Assembly: GCA_963807035.1 (NCBI GenBank)
Contig: CAWEAL010000003.1
Span: forward strand, 430,716-494,715
Source: an uncultured Chloroflexia bacterium
GTDB taxonomy: Bacteria > Chloroflexota > Limnocylindria > Limnocylindrales > CSP1-4
Length of the DNA stretch: 64,000 bases
Direction: 5' to 3'
Part shown: in pieces, positions 18,545-27,880 of the stretch
Position numbering within the stretch: the first letter of the stretch is position 1
Layout: each line of letters opens with the position of its first letter
Position numbers and translations under genes: made by a program
Notes under the pieces: generated by a model
Told to the model about the DNA's origin: nothing
What the model saw: only the letters and a program-made list of their open reading frames with translations
The model's database searches: none

Positions 18545-19059
18545 TCCCACTGGCGCCCGAGCGGATCGCGCCGCTGCTGGCGGCGACGGTCGCGACGATG
18601 CGCGCCGAGGTCCGCGGCCTGGGCCCCGAGGCCGGCTGGCGGCCGGCGCCGGGGGAGTGGTCGGTGAGCGAGTGCGTCGGCCACCTGATCGAATGCGAGC
18701 GGCGCTCCTTCGCCGGCCGGATCCGCCTGATCCTCGAGACGGACGGCGTGCGGCTGGCGAGCTGGGACCAGGCGGCCGTGGCCGCCGAGCGGCGGGACGG
18801 CGAGGCCAACCCGATCGAGCTCGTCGAGTCATTCGCGACGCTGCGCAGCGAGGGGATCGCGCTCGTCCGGTCGCTGACCGCGGCCGATCTCGGCCGGGTC
18901 GGGATCCACCCGGAGATCGGACCGCTTCGGGTCGACGAGCTCCTTGGCGCGTGGGTCCATCACGACCGCAACCACATCCGCCAGGCACTGGCGGTGACCC
19001 AGGCCCGGGTCTGGCCGCAGATGGGCGCGACGCACCGCTTCAGCGATCCCGCCGGCTGA
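18541..19059 (+). CDS. DinB-family (DinB_2-like) four-helix-bundle protein
   Basis: GTG 18541 overlaps the previous stop (GTGA). The motifs are WSVSECVGHLIECE and GAWVHHDRNHIRQ, a His-rich metal triad pattern. Confidence 0.7.
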   Translation: MIPLAPERIAPLLAATVATMRAEVRGLGPEAGWRPAPGEWSVSECVGHLIECERRSFAGRIRLILETDGVRLASWDQAAVAAERRDGEANPIELVESFATLRSEGIALVRSLTAADLGRVGIHPEIGPLRVDELLGAWVHHDRNHIRQALAVTQARVWPQMGATHRFSDPAG

Positions 19060-19107
19060 GCTTCGGCGTCACGCCCGGCCGCAGCGACCGGCCGTCTCGC
19101 TGACCCC

Positions 19108-19180
19108 CGTCCGAATGTCGCTGCCCGGCGCATGACGCACGGGCCGCGCAACGGCTGGGTCGGTGTCCGACATTCGAACG
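19108..19180. terminator. imperfect 13-bp inverted repeat between convergent genes (possible bidirectional terminator hairpin)
   Basis: CGTCCGAATGTCG (19108-19120) pairs with CGACATTCGAACG (19168-19180), matching 12 of 13. An inner GCCCG...CGGGC stem sits in the loop. There is no U-tract. Confidence 0.3.
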
Positions 19181-19210
19181 AAGTCGGGCAGCCGAGCCGC
19201 CGCTCGCGGA

Positions 19211-20326
19211 CTACGTCCTCGGTCGGCGCTTCTCCGGGTCGTACAACGCGGGCTCGCCGACCGTGGCCGAGGCACTCCCCGAGCCGCCCTCGCCCAGGCT
19301 CACCTCGACCCGGGTGCCCGGGACCGCGGCCGCGCGATCGAGGATTGCCAGGGCGACCGTCCCGAAGCGGGGTGAGGCCGTCGGGCTGGTTGCCGCGCCG
19401 ACGACGACCCCGTCGAGGCTCACCTCAGCGCCTGCCTCGGGCACCTCGTCGCCGTTGATCGAGAGCGAGACGAGGCGCCGGACGGGCGGGCCCGCGTCAC
19501 GCTCGGCCCGGATCGCCGCATCCCCGTGGAAGGAGCGGCCGTCGATCCGCATGAAGCGCTCGAAGTTGATGTCGAACGGGCTCGACTCGCCGGGCGTGTA
19601 GTCGTAGCCCGGCAGGATCATCCCGGCCTCGATCCGCAGGACGTCGAGGGCGTCGAAGCCGTACGGCCGCACCTCGCCGGTCTCGGTCAGCGTCTGCCAC
19701 AGCGACTCGGCATGCTCGGGCCGGACGAACAGCTCGTAGCCGAGCTCGCCGGAGACGCCCGTCCGGGCGATCCACGCCGGCACCGCGCCGACCTTGACCG
19801 GCTCGGTCAGGAAGCGGAAATAGGGCAGGGTGGCCAGGTCGAACGCGACGTGGCGCTGGAGGATCTCGCGGGTCCGCGGGCCCTGGAACTGGACATGGGG
19901 CAGCTCGTGCACGATCAGTTCGATCGTGACGGCGAGGCCGCTCGAGACCTCGCGCAGGTGGTCGCCGAGGTCGAACCGGTTGGTCATGAACCAGACGTGG
20001 TCGGGTCCGAAGACGTAGATCGTCGCGTCGTCGACGATCCGGCCGTGGTCGTCGAGGAGCGGCGCGTAGCGGACCCTGCCGGGGCCATACGCAAGCACGT
20101 CGTTGGCGATGAGCCGGTCGGCCGCCCGCTGGGCATCGGGGCCGCGGAACTCCCACTTGATCAGGGCCGAGCAGTCCCAGATCCCGGCACCGTCGCGGAC
20201 CGCCGCGTACTCGCCCGCGCGGTCGCCGAAGCCGGTCGTCCACAGCCAGCCGTCCCAGTCGCCGAACTCGGCGCCGAGCTGCTCCTGGACCCGATGGAAC
20301 GCCGAGCGGACCGGGGCATCCGTCAT
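19211..20326 (-). CDS. aminomethyltransferase-family (GcvT-like, folate-binding) protein
   Basis: The motifs are GIWDCSALIKWEFRGPDA, RVRYAPLLDDHGRIVDDATIY and SGELGYELF. I prefer ATG 20326 (MTDAPVRSAF) because a -10 TACCCT lies 6 nt upstream. The ORF track starts at GTG 20353. Confidence 0.8.
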   Translation of the reverse strand: MTDAPVRSAFHRVQEQLGAEFGDWDGWLWTTGFGDRAGEYAAVRDGAGIWDCSALIKWEFRGPDAQRAADRLIANDVLAYGPGRVRYAPLLDDHGRIVDDATIYVFGPDHVWFMTNRFDLGDHLREVSSGLAVTIELIVHELPHVQFQGPRTREILQRHVAFDLATLPYFRFLTEPVKVGAVPAWIARTGVSGELGYELFVRPEHAESLWQTLTETGEVRPYGFDALDVLRIEAGMILPGYDYTPGESSPFDINFERFMRIDGRSFHGDAAIRAERDAGPPVRRLVSLSINGDEVPEAGAEVSLDGVVVGAATSPTASPRFGTVALAILDRAAAVPGTRVEVSLGEGGSGSASATVGEPALYDPEKRRPRT

Positions 20327-20332
20327 GGCCGG

Positions 20333-20338
20333 AGGGTA
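20333..20338 (-). promoter_or_regulatory. -10 element TACCCT, 6 nt upstream of ATG 20326
   Basis: The minus strand reads gccTACCCTccggccATG. Confidence 0.4.
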
Positions 20339-20457
20339 GGCGGGGCCGGGCACGCGGTGCGCCGCGTGTCCCGCGGGGTGCGACGCCCGGCGGGCGCGAC
20401 CGGCCCGGCGGCGCGCTACGCTGGACGGGCGCGGCGAGGGGATGGCGAGGTGCAGCG

Positions 20458-21258
20458 ATGAGTCAGTGGAACGGCAGCGGTTCTGGCCGGGGCGAGTGGG
20501 GCGGGGTCTCGGTCCTGGGCGTGATCCTGATCGTGATCGGAGCGATCTTCCTGGTCGACCAGGTCGGGATCTTCCAGTTCGCCTGGCAGGTCCTCTGGCC
20601 GGTGATCCTGATCGCGGTCGGTGCGGTCCTGCTGGTCAATGCCCTCGGGCGGCAGGCATTCGGCGGTCACGTCCACGGCACCGGCTCGGTGTCGTCGGCG
20701 ATCGCCCGCGATGGGGCAGGCCGGCTCGAGCTGGAGATCGGGGTCGGGGCCGGAACGTTCCGTCTCGGCGGCGGCTCGGGCCAGCTCGTCGAGGTCCACT
20801 CGTCAGTCGCCGATATCGCCGCCCAGGAGCGCCGCGAGGGTGACCTCGCCCAGGTTCGGTTGCGCCAAGATGTCGCCTCGTTCGGCGGCTGGCGGGGCGG
20901 CACGAGCTGGGAGATCCGGACGGCTTCGGAGATCCCGACCCGGCTCCGCTTCGACGCCGGCGCGGGCAGCTTCGACATCGACCTCAGCTCGGTCGCGATC
21001 GTCGAGGCGCGGTTCCAGGTCGGCGCGGCCCGGACCCGGATCGTCCTGCCCCGGCCACGGGGCAACGTTCTGGTCTCGATCACCGGCGGCGCCGCGTCCT
21101 TCTCGATCGAGGCGCCGGCCGGGGTCGAGTACCGCTTCGAGTCCGCCGGCGGCCTGACCAGCGTCGATGGCCGGACCGAGAGCCCGGGCTACGCCACGGC
21201 CGCCGACCGGGTCCTCGTCCGCTTCACGGGCGGGGCGTCCTCCGTTCGCATCGGGTGA
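20458..21258 (+). CDS. LiaF-like membrane protein with C-terminal beta-rich (DUF2154/toastrack-like) domain
   Basis: 266-aa ORF. It has two N-terminal TM helices (VLGVILIVIGAIFLVDQ, VLWPVILIAVGAVLLVNAL), then repeated beta-strand segments. Confidence 0.55.
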   Translation: MSQWNGSGSGRGEWGGVSVLGVILIVIGAIFLVDQVGIFQFAWQVLWPVILIAVGAVLLVNALGRQAFGGHVHGTGSVSSAIARDGAGRLELEIGVGAGTFRLGGGSGQLVEVHSSVADIAAQERREGDLAQVRLRQDVASFGGWRGGTSWEIRTASEIPTRLRFDAGAGSFDIDLSSVAIVEARFQVGAARTRIVLPRPRGNVLVSITGGAASFSIEAPAGVEYRFESAGGLTSVDGRTESPGYATAADRVLVRFTGGASSVRIG

Positions 21259-22547
21259 TCGAACCGGCCGGCGAGCAGGAGCCCCGCGTTCAGGACGAGC
21301 CCGCGGTCCACGCCGAGCCCCGGGTCAACCAAGAGCCGCTCAGCCACAATCGCGACTTCCTGCTGCTCCTCGGCGGGCAGGGGATCTCGGCCTTCGGCGA
21401 TGCCCTCAGCCTGACGGCGATGCCCCTGCTCGTCCTGGCGATCACCGGCTCGGGCGTGGCGATGGGCATCGTCGGCGTACTCAATACGATCCCGGACCTC
21501 GTCTTTGGGCTGCTCGCCGGGGTGATCGCCGACCGAAGCGACCGGCGCCTGATGATCCTGGGGGCGGACTTCGGCCGGGCCGTGCTGACCGCCCTCATCC
21601 CCGTCTCGATCCTGCTGCACGGCCCGACGATCGTGGTGATCCTGCTGATCGCGGCGCCGATGGCGATGCTCCGGGCCCTCTTCCTGGCGGCTTACACCGC
21701 GGCAATGCCGAGCCTCGTCGGGCGGCCGCTCCTGGGCCGGGCGACGTCGACCCTCGAGACGGTCTACAGCCTCAGCTTCGTCGTCGGCCCGAGCGTCGCC
21801 GGACTGCTCGCGGCCGTCGTCGGCTTCGGCCCGACGATCGCGGTCGACGCCTTCAGCTTCCTGGCCAGCTCGGCGGCGATGGCCCTGATCCGGCGCCCGC
21901 TCCAGGAGCGCCAGGACCGACCGCCGCTCGACGTCCGGGCGGAGATTCGCGAGGGGATCGCCTACATCGCCGGCCACCCGACGCTGCGCGTCGCGGTCTC
22001 GTACTGGGGCCTGATCAGCGTGATCACGGCCGGCCTGATCCCCGTGCTGACCTGGTTCGTGACGAAGCAACTCGGCCTGTCGACGACGGCATTCGGCCTG
22101 CTCCTGTCGGTCAACGGGATCGGCTACCTGCTCGGTGCCATCGCGATGAACCAGGTCAGGATCCGGTCCGCCGGCCTGATGATGATCGGCGGGACCGCGA
22201 TCGAGGCGATCGCGATGATCGCTGCGGTCAACGGGGCGGTCGTCGTCCTCTTCCCGGCTGCGTTCATCGTCGGCCTGTCGTCGGCCGCCGTCGTGATCAC
22301 CTATGTCACGTTGCGATCGGCCGCTGCGCCCGACGAACTCCTCGGCCGGGTCGGCTCGACGGCCCGAACGCTCTCGATCGGCCTCCAGCCGATCGGGATG
22401 ATCGCCGCGGGCCTCCTGCTCGACCGGATCGGCGGGGGCGCGACGCTGCTCCTGATGGGCTCCGGCCTGCTGATCGCGACACTCGGCTTCTCAGCCTCGC
22501 GGCCGCTCCGGCGGGCGATGGTGATCGGCGGCCACGTCCCGCGCTGA
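21255..22547 (+). CDS. MFS transporter
   Basis: 430-aa ORF with about 12 hydrophobic helices. GVIADRSDRRLM resembles MFS motif A. A GTGA overlap joins it to the upstream gene. Confidence 0.8.
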   Translation: MIEPAGEQEPRVQDEPAVHAEPRVNQEPLSHNRDFLLLLGGQGISAFGDALSLTAMPLLVLAITGSGVAMGIVGVLNTIPDLVFGLLAGVIADRSDRRLMILGADFGRAVLTALIPVSILLHGPTIVVILLIAAPMAMLRALFLAAYTAAMPSLVGRPLLGRATSTLETVYSLSFVVGPSVAGLLAAVVGFGPTIAVDAFSFLASSAAMALIRRPLQERQDRPPLDVRAEIREGIAYIAGHPTLRVAVSYWGLISVITAGLIPVLTWFVTKQLGLSTTAFGLLLSVNGIGYLLGAIAMNQVRIRSAGLMMIGGTAIEAIAMIAAVNGAVVVLFPAAFIVGLSSAAVVITYVTLRSAAAPDELLGRVGSTARTLSIGLQPIGMIAAGLLLDRIGGGATLLLMGSGLLIATLGFSASRPLRRAMVIGGHVPR

Positions 22548-22565
22548 CGCCGAACCAGGCCGGGC

Positions 22566-22742
22566 CTAGGCGGCGAGCGGCTCGAGCGCAGCCCTTGCCG
22601 GCTCGGCGATGGCGAAGGCGATAAGGCAGCCGTCGCAGCGGATCTGTCCGTCGAGGTCGAGCTGGTCGACCAGGATCGTCCCGTCGCAGGCGGGGCACTC
22701 GATGGCGATCACCGCGTTGGCCACGAACGAGTTGTTGTTCAT
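22566..22742 (-). CDS. small zinc-ribbon protein (CxxC-x16-CxxC), unknown function
   Basis: The sequence is MNNNSFVANAVIAIECPACDGTILVDQLDLDGQIRCDGCLIAFAIAEP. It lies directly downstream of the ABC-2 permease. The longer ORF start at 22805 is possible. Confidence 0.4.
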   Translation of the reverse strand: MNNNSFVANAVIAIECPACDGTILVDQLDLDGQIRCDGCLIAFAIAEPARAALEPLAA

Positions 22743-22808
22743 GGCCTGAGATTGCGCGCCTCCCGTGACAGCTTGCGTGTCACGTTCGCTTCGGGTTCCC
22801 GACACTGC

Positions 22809-23687
22809 CTACAGCTCGCGCCGGCGGAATGACATCGTCGCCAGGCCGAGCACGATCACGAACCATGCCCCGACCCAGGCGAGATAGGCCGGGTCGAGCC
22901 CGCTCGCGGCGTAGAACGGGTTGGCCGCCAGCGCCGCGCTGGAACGACCGCCCGACGAGGCCACCACGATCACGACCTGTGGCTCGAGGGCGAAGATCGC
23001 GCCGCGCCAGATCCCGTCCGATGGGAACAGAAAGCGGGTCACCGTCGCGACCTGCTCGAGCAGGTCGGCGCGCAGGAACAGGCCGAGCCCGCCGAGGACG
23101 CCGGTGATCCAGCACAGCCCGAAGACGACAACCGCGATCGCGCCGCCGGCGATCGAGGGCAGGCGGGTCGAGAGGAGCAGGGTGAAGGTCAGCACGAGGA
23201 TCGCCTGGAGGGCGATCGCCCCGGCCGCTCCGAGCGGATCCGGCGGTCCGTAGCCCGAGGCCAGCTTCATCGCCAGGATCTCGAGCAGGCCCGAGGCCAG
23301 GGCATAGGCCCCGGCGACCAGGACCAACCCGAGCCAGCGTCCCAGCAGGAACGTCGAGCGGCTGATCGGCCGGGCCAGGATCGCCAGCAGGACGCCGCTC
23401 TCGATGTCGGTCGAGACTGCCGGCGCCCCGATGAACGCCGCGGTCATCGCCAGGATGAAGCTGAACATGAACGCGACGACGATCAGCATCTGGCTGACCC
23501 CGAGCTGGATGTTCAGCTCGCTGCTGCCATTCTGGCGGGCGAGGTCGACGAGCCGCTCGAAGCCCAGCCCGGACAGCCCGACGACGACGATCGTGAGAAC
23601 GATCAGGACCCACAGGATCCGCCGGCGAAGGGCGTCGAGGAGGGTCAGCCGGACGATGACCACGAGCGGCCACAGGACCGAGCTCAT
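22809..23687 (-). CDS. ABC-2-type transporter permease
   Basis: 292-aa ORF with about 6 TM helices, 10 nt downstream of an ABC ATPase gene. Confidence 0.75.
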   Translation of the reverse strand: MSSVLWPLVVIVRLTLLDALRRRILWVLIVLTIVVVGLSGLGFERLVDLARQNGSSELNIQLGVSQMLIVVAFMFSFILAMTAAFIGAPAVSTDIESGVLLAILARPISRSTFLLGRWLGLVLVAGAYALASGLLEILAMKLASGYGPPDPLGAAGAIALQAILVLTFTLLLSTRLPSIAGGAIAVVVFGLCWITGVLGGLGLFLRADLLEQVATVTRFLFPSDGIWRGAIFALEPQVVIVVASSGGRSSAALAANPFYAASGLDPAYLAWVGAWFVIVLGLATMSFRRREL

Positions 23688-23697
23688 CGGTGGCCCG

Positions 23698-24699
23698 TCA
23701 TTGGCTGGCGCCGGTGTCGTCCAGCCGGTGAGCGGCGGTCGAACCTTCCGGGTCGGGCGGCTCGCCGAGGAGCTCGAGAAACCGCTCCTCTAGCGTCTCC
23801 CGGCCCTGGGCGACCGCGTGGACCCGGCCGCCGGACTGGACGATCGCGGCCACGACATCGGGGATCCGGTCCGCCTCGATCGGCCTGATCGTGAGCTGGG
23901 CCGGGTCGTCCGGATTGGCTTCGACCGTGCCGAACATATCCAGGCGGGCCCGCCCTTCGGCCGACAGCTGGCTGACCCGAACGACCACGGCCTGTTCACC
24001 GAGCAGCTCGTCGAGGGTTCCGCTGGCGACCACCCGTCCGCAATTCACGACGGCCACCCGGTCGCACACGAGCTCGACCTCGGACAGCAGGTGCGAGTTC
24101 AGGAAGACGGTCACGCCCCGATCGCGGGCCGCCCGGATCACCTGGCGGACCTCGGTCCGGCCGACCGGGTCGAGGGCCGAGGTCGGCTCGTCGAGGAAGA
24201 CCAGCTCGGGCGAGCCGAGCAGGGCAGCCGCGAGGCCCAGGCGTTGCTGCATGCCCTTCGAGAAGGTCCCGACCGGATCGCCGGCTCGATCGCCCAGGCC
24301 GACCGTCTCGAGGGCCGCCTCGACCTCGGTCGTGCGACCGGCTGACGGCAGGCCGGCCAGGTCGGCATGCAAACGGATCACCTCGCGGGCGCGCAGCCAC
24401 GACTGATAGCGGAACAGCTCGGGCAGGTAGCCGATTCGGCGCCGGGTCTCGCGATCGCCGATCGGAGCTCCCAGGACGAGCCCGCTGCCCGAGGTCGGCG
24501 AGGTCAGGCCGAGGAGGAGCTTGACCGAGGTCGTCTTGCCGGCACCATTCGGGCCGAGGAAGCCGAAGACCTCGCCCGCCTCGACCCGCATCGACAGCCC
24601 GGACAGCGCGGTCGTCCGCCCGAACCGCTTCGAGAGCTCATGGGTCTCGATCGCGGGTCCCGAGTTCGATCGCATGGACTGGGCGCGCATCGCGGGCAT
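23698..24699 (-). CDS. ABC transporter ATP-binding protein (ABC-2/DrrA-like exporter)
   Basis: Walker A is GPNGAGKTT, the signature is FSKGMQQRL, Walker B is LVFLDEPTSALD, and the H-loop is NSH. Confidence 0.9.
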   Translation of the reverse strand: MPAMRAQSMRSNSGPAIETHELSKRFGRTTALSGLSMRVEAGEVFGFLGPNGAGKTTSVKLLLGLTSPTSGSGLVLGAPIGDRETRRRIGYLPELFRYQSWLRAREVIRLHADLAGLPSAGRTTEVEAALETVGLGDRAGDPVGTFSKGMQQRLGLAAALLGSPELVFLDEPTSALDPVGRTEVRQVIRAARDRGVTVFLNSHLLSEVELVCDRVAVVNCGRVVASGTLDELLGEQAVVVRVSQLSAEGRARLDMFGTVEANPDDPAQLTIRPIEADRIPDVVAAIVQSGGRVHAVAQGRETLEERFLELLGEPPDPEGSTAAHRLDDTGASQ

Positions 24700-24756
24700 C
24701 GTCGCACGGACGATCCGTCTCGGCTGCCCGTTGACCGGCCTTGACGCCCCCGTGGG

Positions 24757-25368
24757 TCAGCCGCGGTAGCGGAAGCAGCCGGGCAGGTGATCGTCGACGA
24801 GGCCGACGCTCTGCATGAAGGCGTAGGTGATCGTCGGGCCGACGAATCGGAAGCCGCGCGCCTGGAGGTCCTTCGACAGGGCGACCGAGGCTGGAGTGCT
24901 GGCCGGGATGTCCCCGCTCCGGGCGGTGGCGGGCAGCGGTCGGGGCTCGGGCACGATCGTTCTGAGGTAGGCGTCGAAGCCGCCGTGGTCCCGGCTGACG
25001 GCCACGTACCCGATCGCGTTGCCGATCGTTGCGTCGATCTTGGCTCGGTTGCGGACGATCCCGGCGTCGGCCATCAGGCGCTCCCGATCGCGGTCGCCGA
25101 ACGCGGCGACGACCGCCGGATCGAAGCCCCGGAACGCGGTCCGGAACGCCGCGCGCTTGCGCAGGATCGTCGACCACGACAGGCCGGCCTGGAACGACTC
25201 GAGGGCGAGACGCTCGAACAGCTCGACGTCATCGGCCGTTGCCACCCCCCACTCGTCGTCGTGGTAGGCGGTCATCAGCGGATCGGGCCGCGGCCCGTCG
25301 GCGCCGGCCCAGGCGCACCGCCCGACGACGATCACGGCATCGGCGTGGTGGCGACGAGGGTGCTCCAC
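24757..25368 (-). CDS. tag: DNA-3-methyladenine glycosylase I
   Basis: RCAWAG...DPLMTAYHDDEWGV, FERLALESFQAGLSW and the C-terminal FMQSVGLVDDH are the Tag signature. Confidence 0.85.
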   Translation of the reverse strand: MEHPRRHHADAVIVVGRCAWAGADGPRPDPLMTAYHDDEWGVATADDVELFERLALESFQAGLSWSTILRKRAAFRTAFRGFDPAVVAAFGDRDRERLMADAGIVRNRAKIDATIGNAIGYVAVSRDHGGFDAYLRTIVPEPRPLPATARSGDIPASTPASVALSKDLQARGFRFVGPTITYAFMQSVGLVDDHLPGCFRYRG

Positions 25369-26704
25369 ATGTACGGGTCGGCCGCAGGCGAGCCGGCGTT
25401 GAAGACCTCCCGGAAGATCTCACCGCTGACCGACTTCGTGCCCAGGCTGCCGGTCAGGACCACCTTGATCAAGCGGCCCGAGTCGCCCGTGTCCGACAGG
25501 TCGAGCCTCGTCAGGGTCCCCACGTTCGTGCGCGAATCGGTGGCGAAGATCGCCGACAGCTGGGCGAACGTGTAGGTCGCGGTGTGCCACGTTGCGTGGG
25601 GCGAGCCGCTGTCGTATGAGACCCCGTTCGGGTCGCGGTCGGGTGAGCCGCGCAGGTAGCTGACCGGGCCCGACACGATCCGGCCCGTCGAGGAGGTGTA
25701 CACGTCCTCATTGTTCTCTGTCGCGCCGCCGTCGGCCGAGTGGTAGAGCGCATCGATCACCGTCGAGCCGCTCTTCAGGACGCCGCCGGCGGTTGCCGTG
25801 ACGGCGGTCGTCCCGGCGGCGGCCTCGCCGAGCGAGCCCTGGTAGACCTGCGAGCGGCTGGTGTCGTACAGGTCGTACGTGCCGACCCCGGGGTGGACGT
25901 GTGCTTCGGCGTAGCTCCGGGCGGCGATCGCCTGCGCCTTGAGGGCCTCGGTCGGCCAGGTTGCGGGCATCTCGGCCGGCACGACCCCGAGCAGGTACTG
26001 GTCGATCCCGATCTCGTTGACCGCGATCACGCCGCTCGGGGTTCCGACGACCCGGATCACTGCCCGGTACGTGTCATGCACGCTCGGCTTCGAGTCGACC
26101 TGGATCCGGCCCGGGTCGGCACCCGACCGAAGGCGAACGTCGGCGCCGGCGGTCGTCCTCTTCAGGAGCGTCGTCCCGGTGGCCGAGGTGACCTGGATCC
26201 CGAAACCGCTGCCGGACCGCCAGATCGCCACCCGGGCACCGATCGGGAACGTGCCGCTCACGCCGTCGATCGTGAATGGGGCGCCGCGGCCGTGGAGGAC
26301 GATCGGGTTGGTCGAGCTCGGCGCGGTCGGGCCGAGGACGGCACCCGGACCGGAGCCGCCGGGTTGATCGTGGCGGGCGTCGTCCCCTGGTAGTAGTGGC
26401 CCAGGATTTCCGGCGCCGTCTGGCCGGCCAGGGCCCGGCCCCGAGCGCCGTACTGGCTCATGCCGAGGCCATGGCCGTAGCCCCGGCCGTAGAACGTCAG
26501 CGAGCCCTGCCGGAGCTGGATCGAGCCGATCGGCACGGGCAGGCTGGACGAGGGCAGGGTCCAGGCCAGGACCGGTGAGGCCGATCCGAGCGCAAGCACG
26601 GCCAGGAGCACGATCACGCCGCCGAGCGTGGCCTGTCGTCGACGTGTCCGCCGACCTCCGATCGTGCCTCGAGCTGGCATCGGCTCCTCCTGCTCCGACG
26701 GCAC
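25332..26704 (-). CDS. SpoIID/LytB-domain protein (secreted), one frameshift near 26355
   Basis: N-terminal TM/signal region, then FYGRGYGHGLGMSQYGARGRA. After the shift come YLLGVVPAEMP..WPTEALKAQAIAARSYA and YHSADGG.TENNEDV. Confidence 0.8.
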
Positions 26705-26762
26705 GCCGTCGGGGGCATTCGTTCGTGTAGCGTACCGACCATGATCCGGTCGCTCCCCATGG

Positions 26763-27848
26763 TTGGCTGAGGTGGAGGCCGCCGTCCCTGTCCTGGAGGT
26801 CCTGTTCGGGATCGCCCTGATCGGCTATGTCGGCTGGGACGTCTTCAACACGGTTGCCCTGCCCCGGCCGACCCCATCCGTCTACCGGATCGCCCGGAAC
26901 ACGACCCGGTTCGTGTGGTGGGCGTGGCGCTGGCGGGCGCGCCAGATCAGCCCCGGCGCCGGGCGCGAGCGCTGGCTCGGGCTCTACGCACCGCTCATGG
27001 TCCTGTTCCTGCTGGCGATCTGGGTCGTCGTCCTGATCGCCGGGTTCGCCCTGATCAACCTGGCCTTTGCCGCCGACTTCAGCCCGCCAATCACGAGCCT
27101 CGGGACCGCCCTGTACGCGACCGGCACGAGCGTGTTCACGATCGGCTTCGGCGACTACGTGCCGACCGCCACGCCGACCCGGCTCGTCGCGGTCGCATCG
27201 GCCGGGGCCGGCCTGGGCACGGTCGCCCTGGTGATCACCTACCTCTTCTCGCTGTACGCCTCGTTCCAGCGCCGGGAGGTGCTCGTCACGACCCTCGACG
27301 CGCGGGCGGGCGCCCCGCCGTCCGGGCTGGCCCTGCTCGAGACGGCCCGGCGGACCGGCCTGCTCGACGAGCTGCCCGAGCTCTTCGGCAAGTGGGAGCA
27401 GTGGGCCGCCGAGGTCCTCGACAGCCACGTCTCGTATCCGATCCTCGGCTACTTCCGCTCGACCCACGACAACGAGTCGTGGCTCGCCTCGCTCGGTGCG
27501 ATGCTCGACGCCGCCGTCCTGATCCTGACCACGGTCGAGGACCAGCCCCGCGGCCGGGCCGAGATGCTCGTGGCGATCGGCGTCCACCTGGCCGAGGATG
27601 TGTCCGGCTTCTTCGGCTTTGCCAACGACGGGCGGGTGGGTATCGAGCGGTCCGAATACGACGTCGCCCGGGCCCGCCTCGAGGCCGCCGGCTACCGGCT
27701 CGAGTCCGCCGACGTCGGCTGGATCCTGTTCGCCCAGCTCCGCGGGCGCTATGCCTCCCGGCTGAACGAGATGGCCGGGTTCTGGATGATCCCGCCGGCG
27801 CTGTGGTTCGGCAGCGACGATCATGAGGGCCACCACGCCGGAAGCTGA
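26763..27848 (+). CDS. two-TM potassium-channel-family protein (Ion_trans_2 pore domain + C-terminal soluble domain)
   Basis: The selectivity filter TIGFGDY sits between hydrophobic helices. An in-frame GTG at 26772 is an alternative start. Confidence 0.75.
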   Translation: MAEVEAAVPVLEVLFGIALIGYVGWDVFNTVALPRPTPSVYRIARNTTRFVWWAWRWRARQISPGAGRERWLGLYAPLMVLFLLAIWVVVLIAGFALINLAFAADFSPPITSLGTALYATGTSVFTIGFGDYVPTATPTRLVAVASAGAGLGTVALVITYLFSLYASFQRREVLVTTLDARAGAPPSGLALLETARRTGLLDELPELFGKWEQWAAEVLDSHVSYPILGYFRSTHDNESWLASLGAMLDAAVLILTTVEDQPRGRAEMLVAIGVHLAEDVSGFFGFANDGRVGIERSEYDVARARLEAAGYRLESADVGWILFAQLRGRYASRLNEMAGFWMIPPALWFGSDDHEGHHAGS

Positions 27849-27880
27849 GCCGGCCACCCGAGCCCGGCCGGTCGCTTCGC

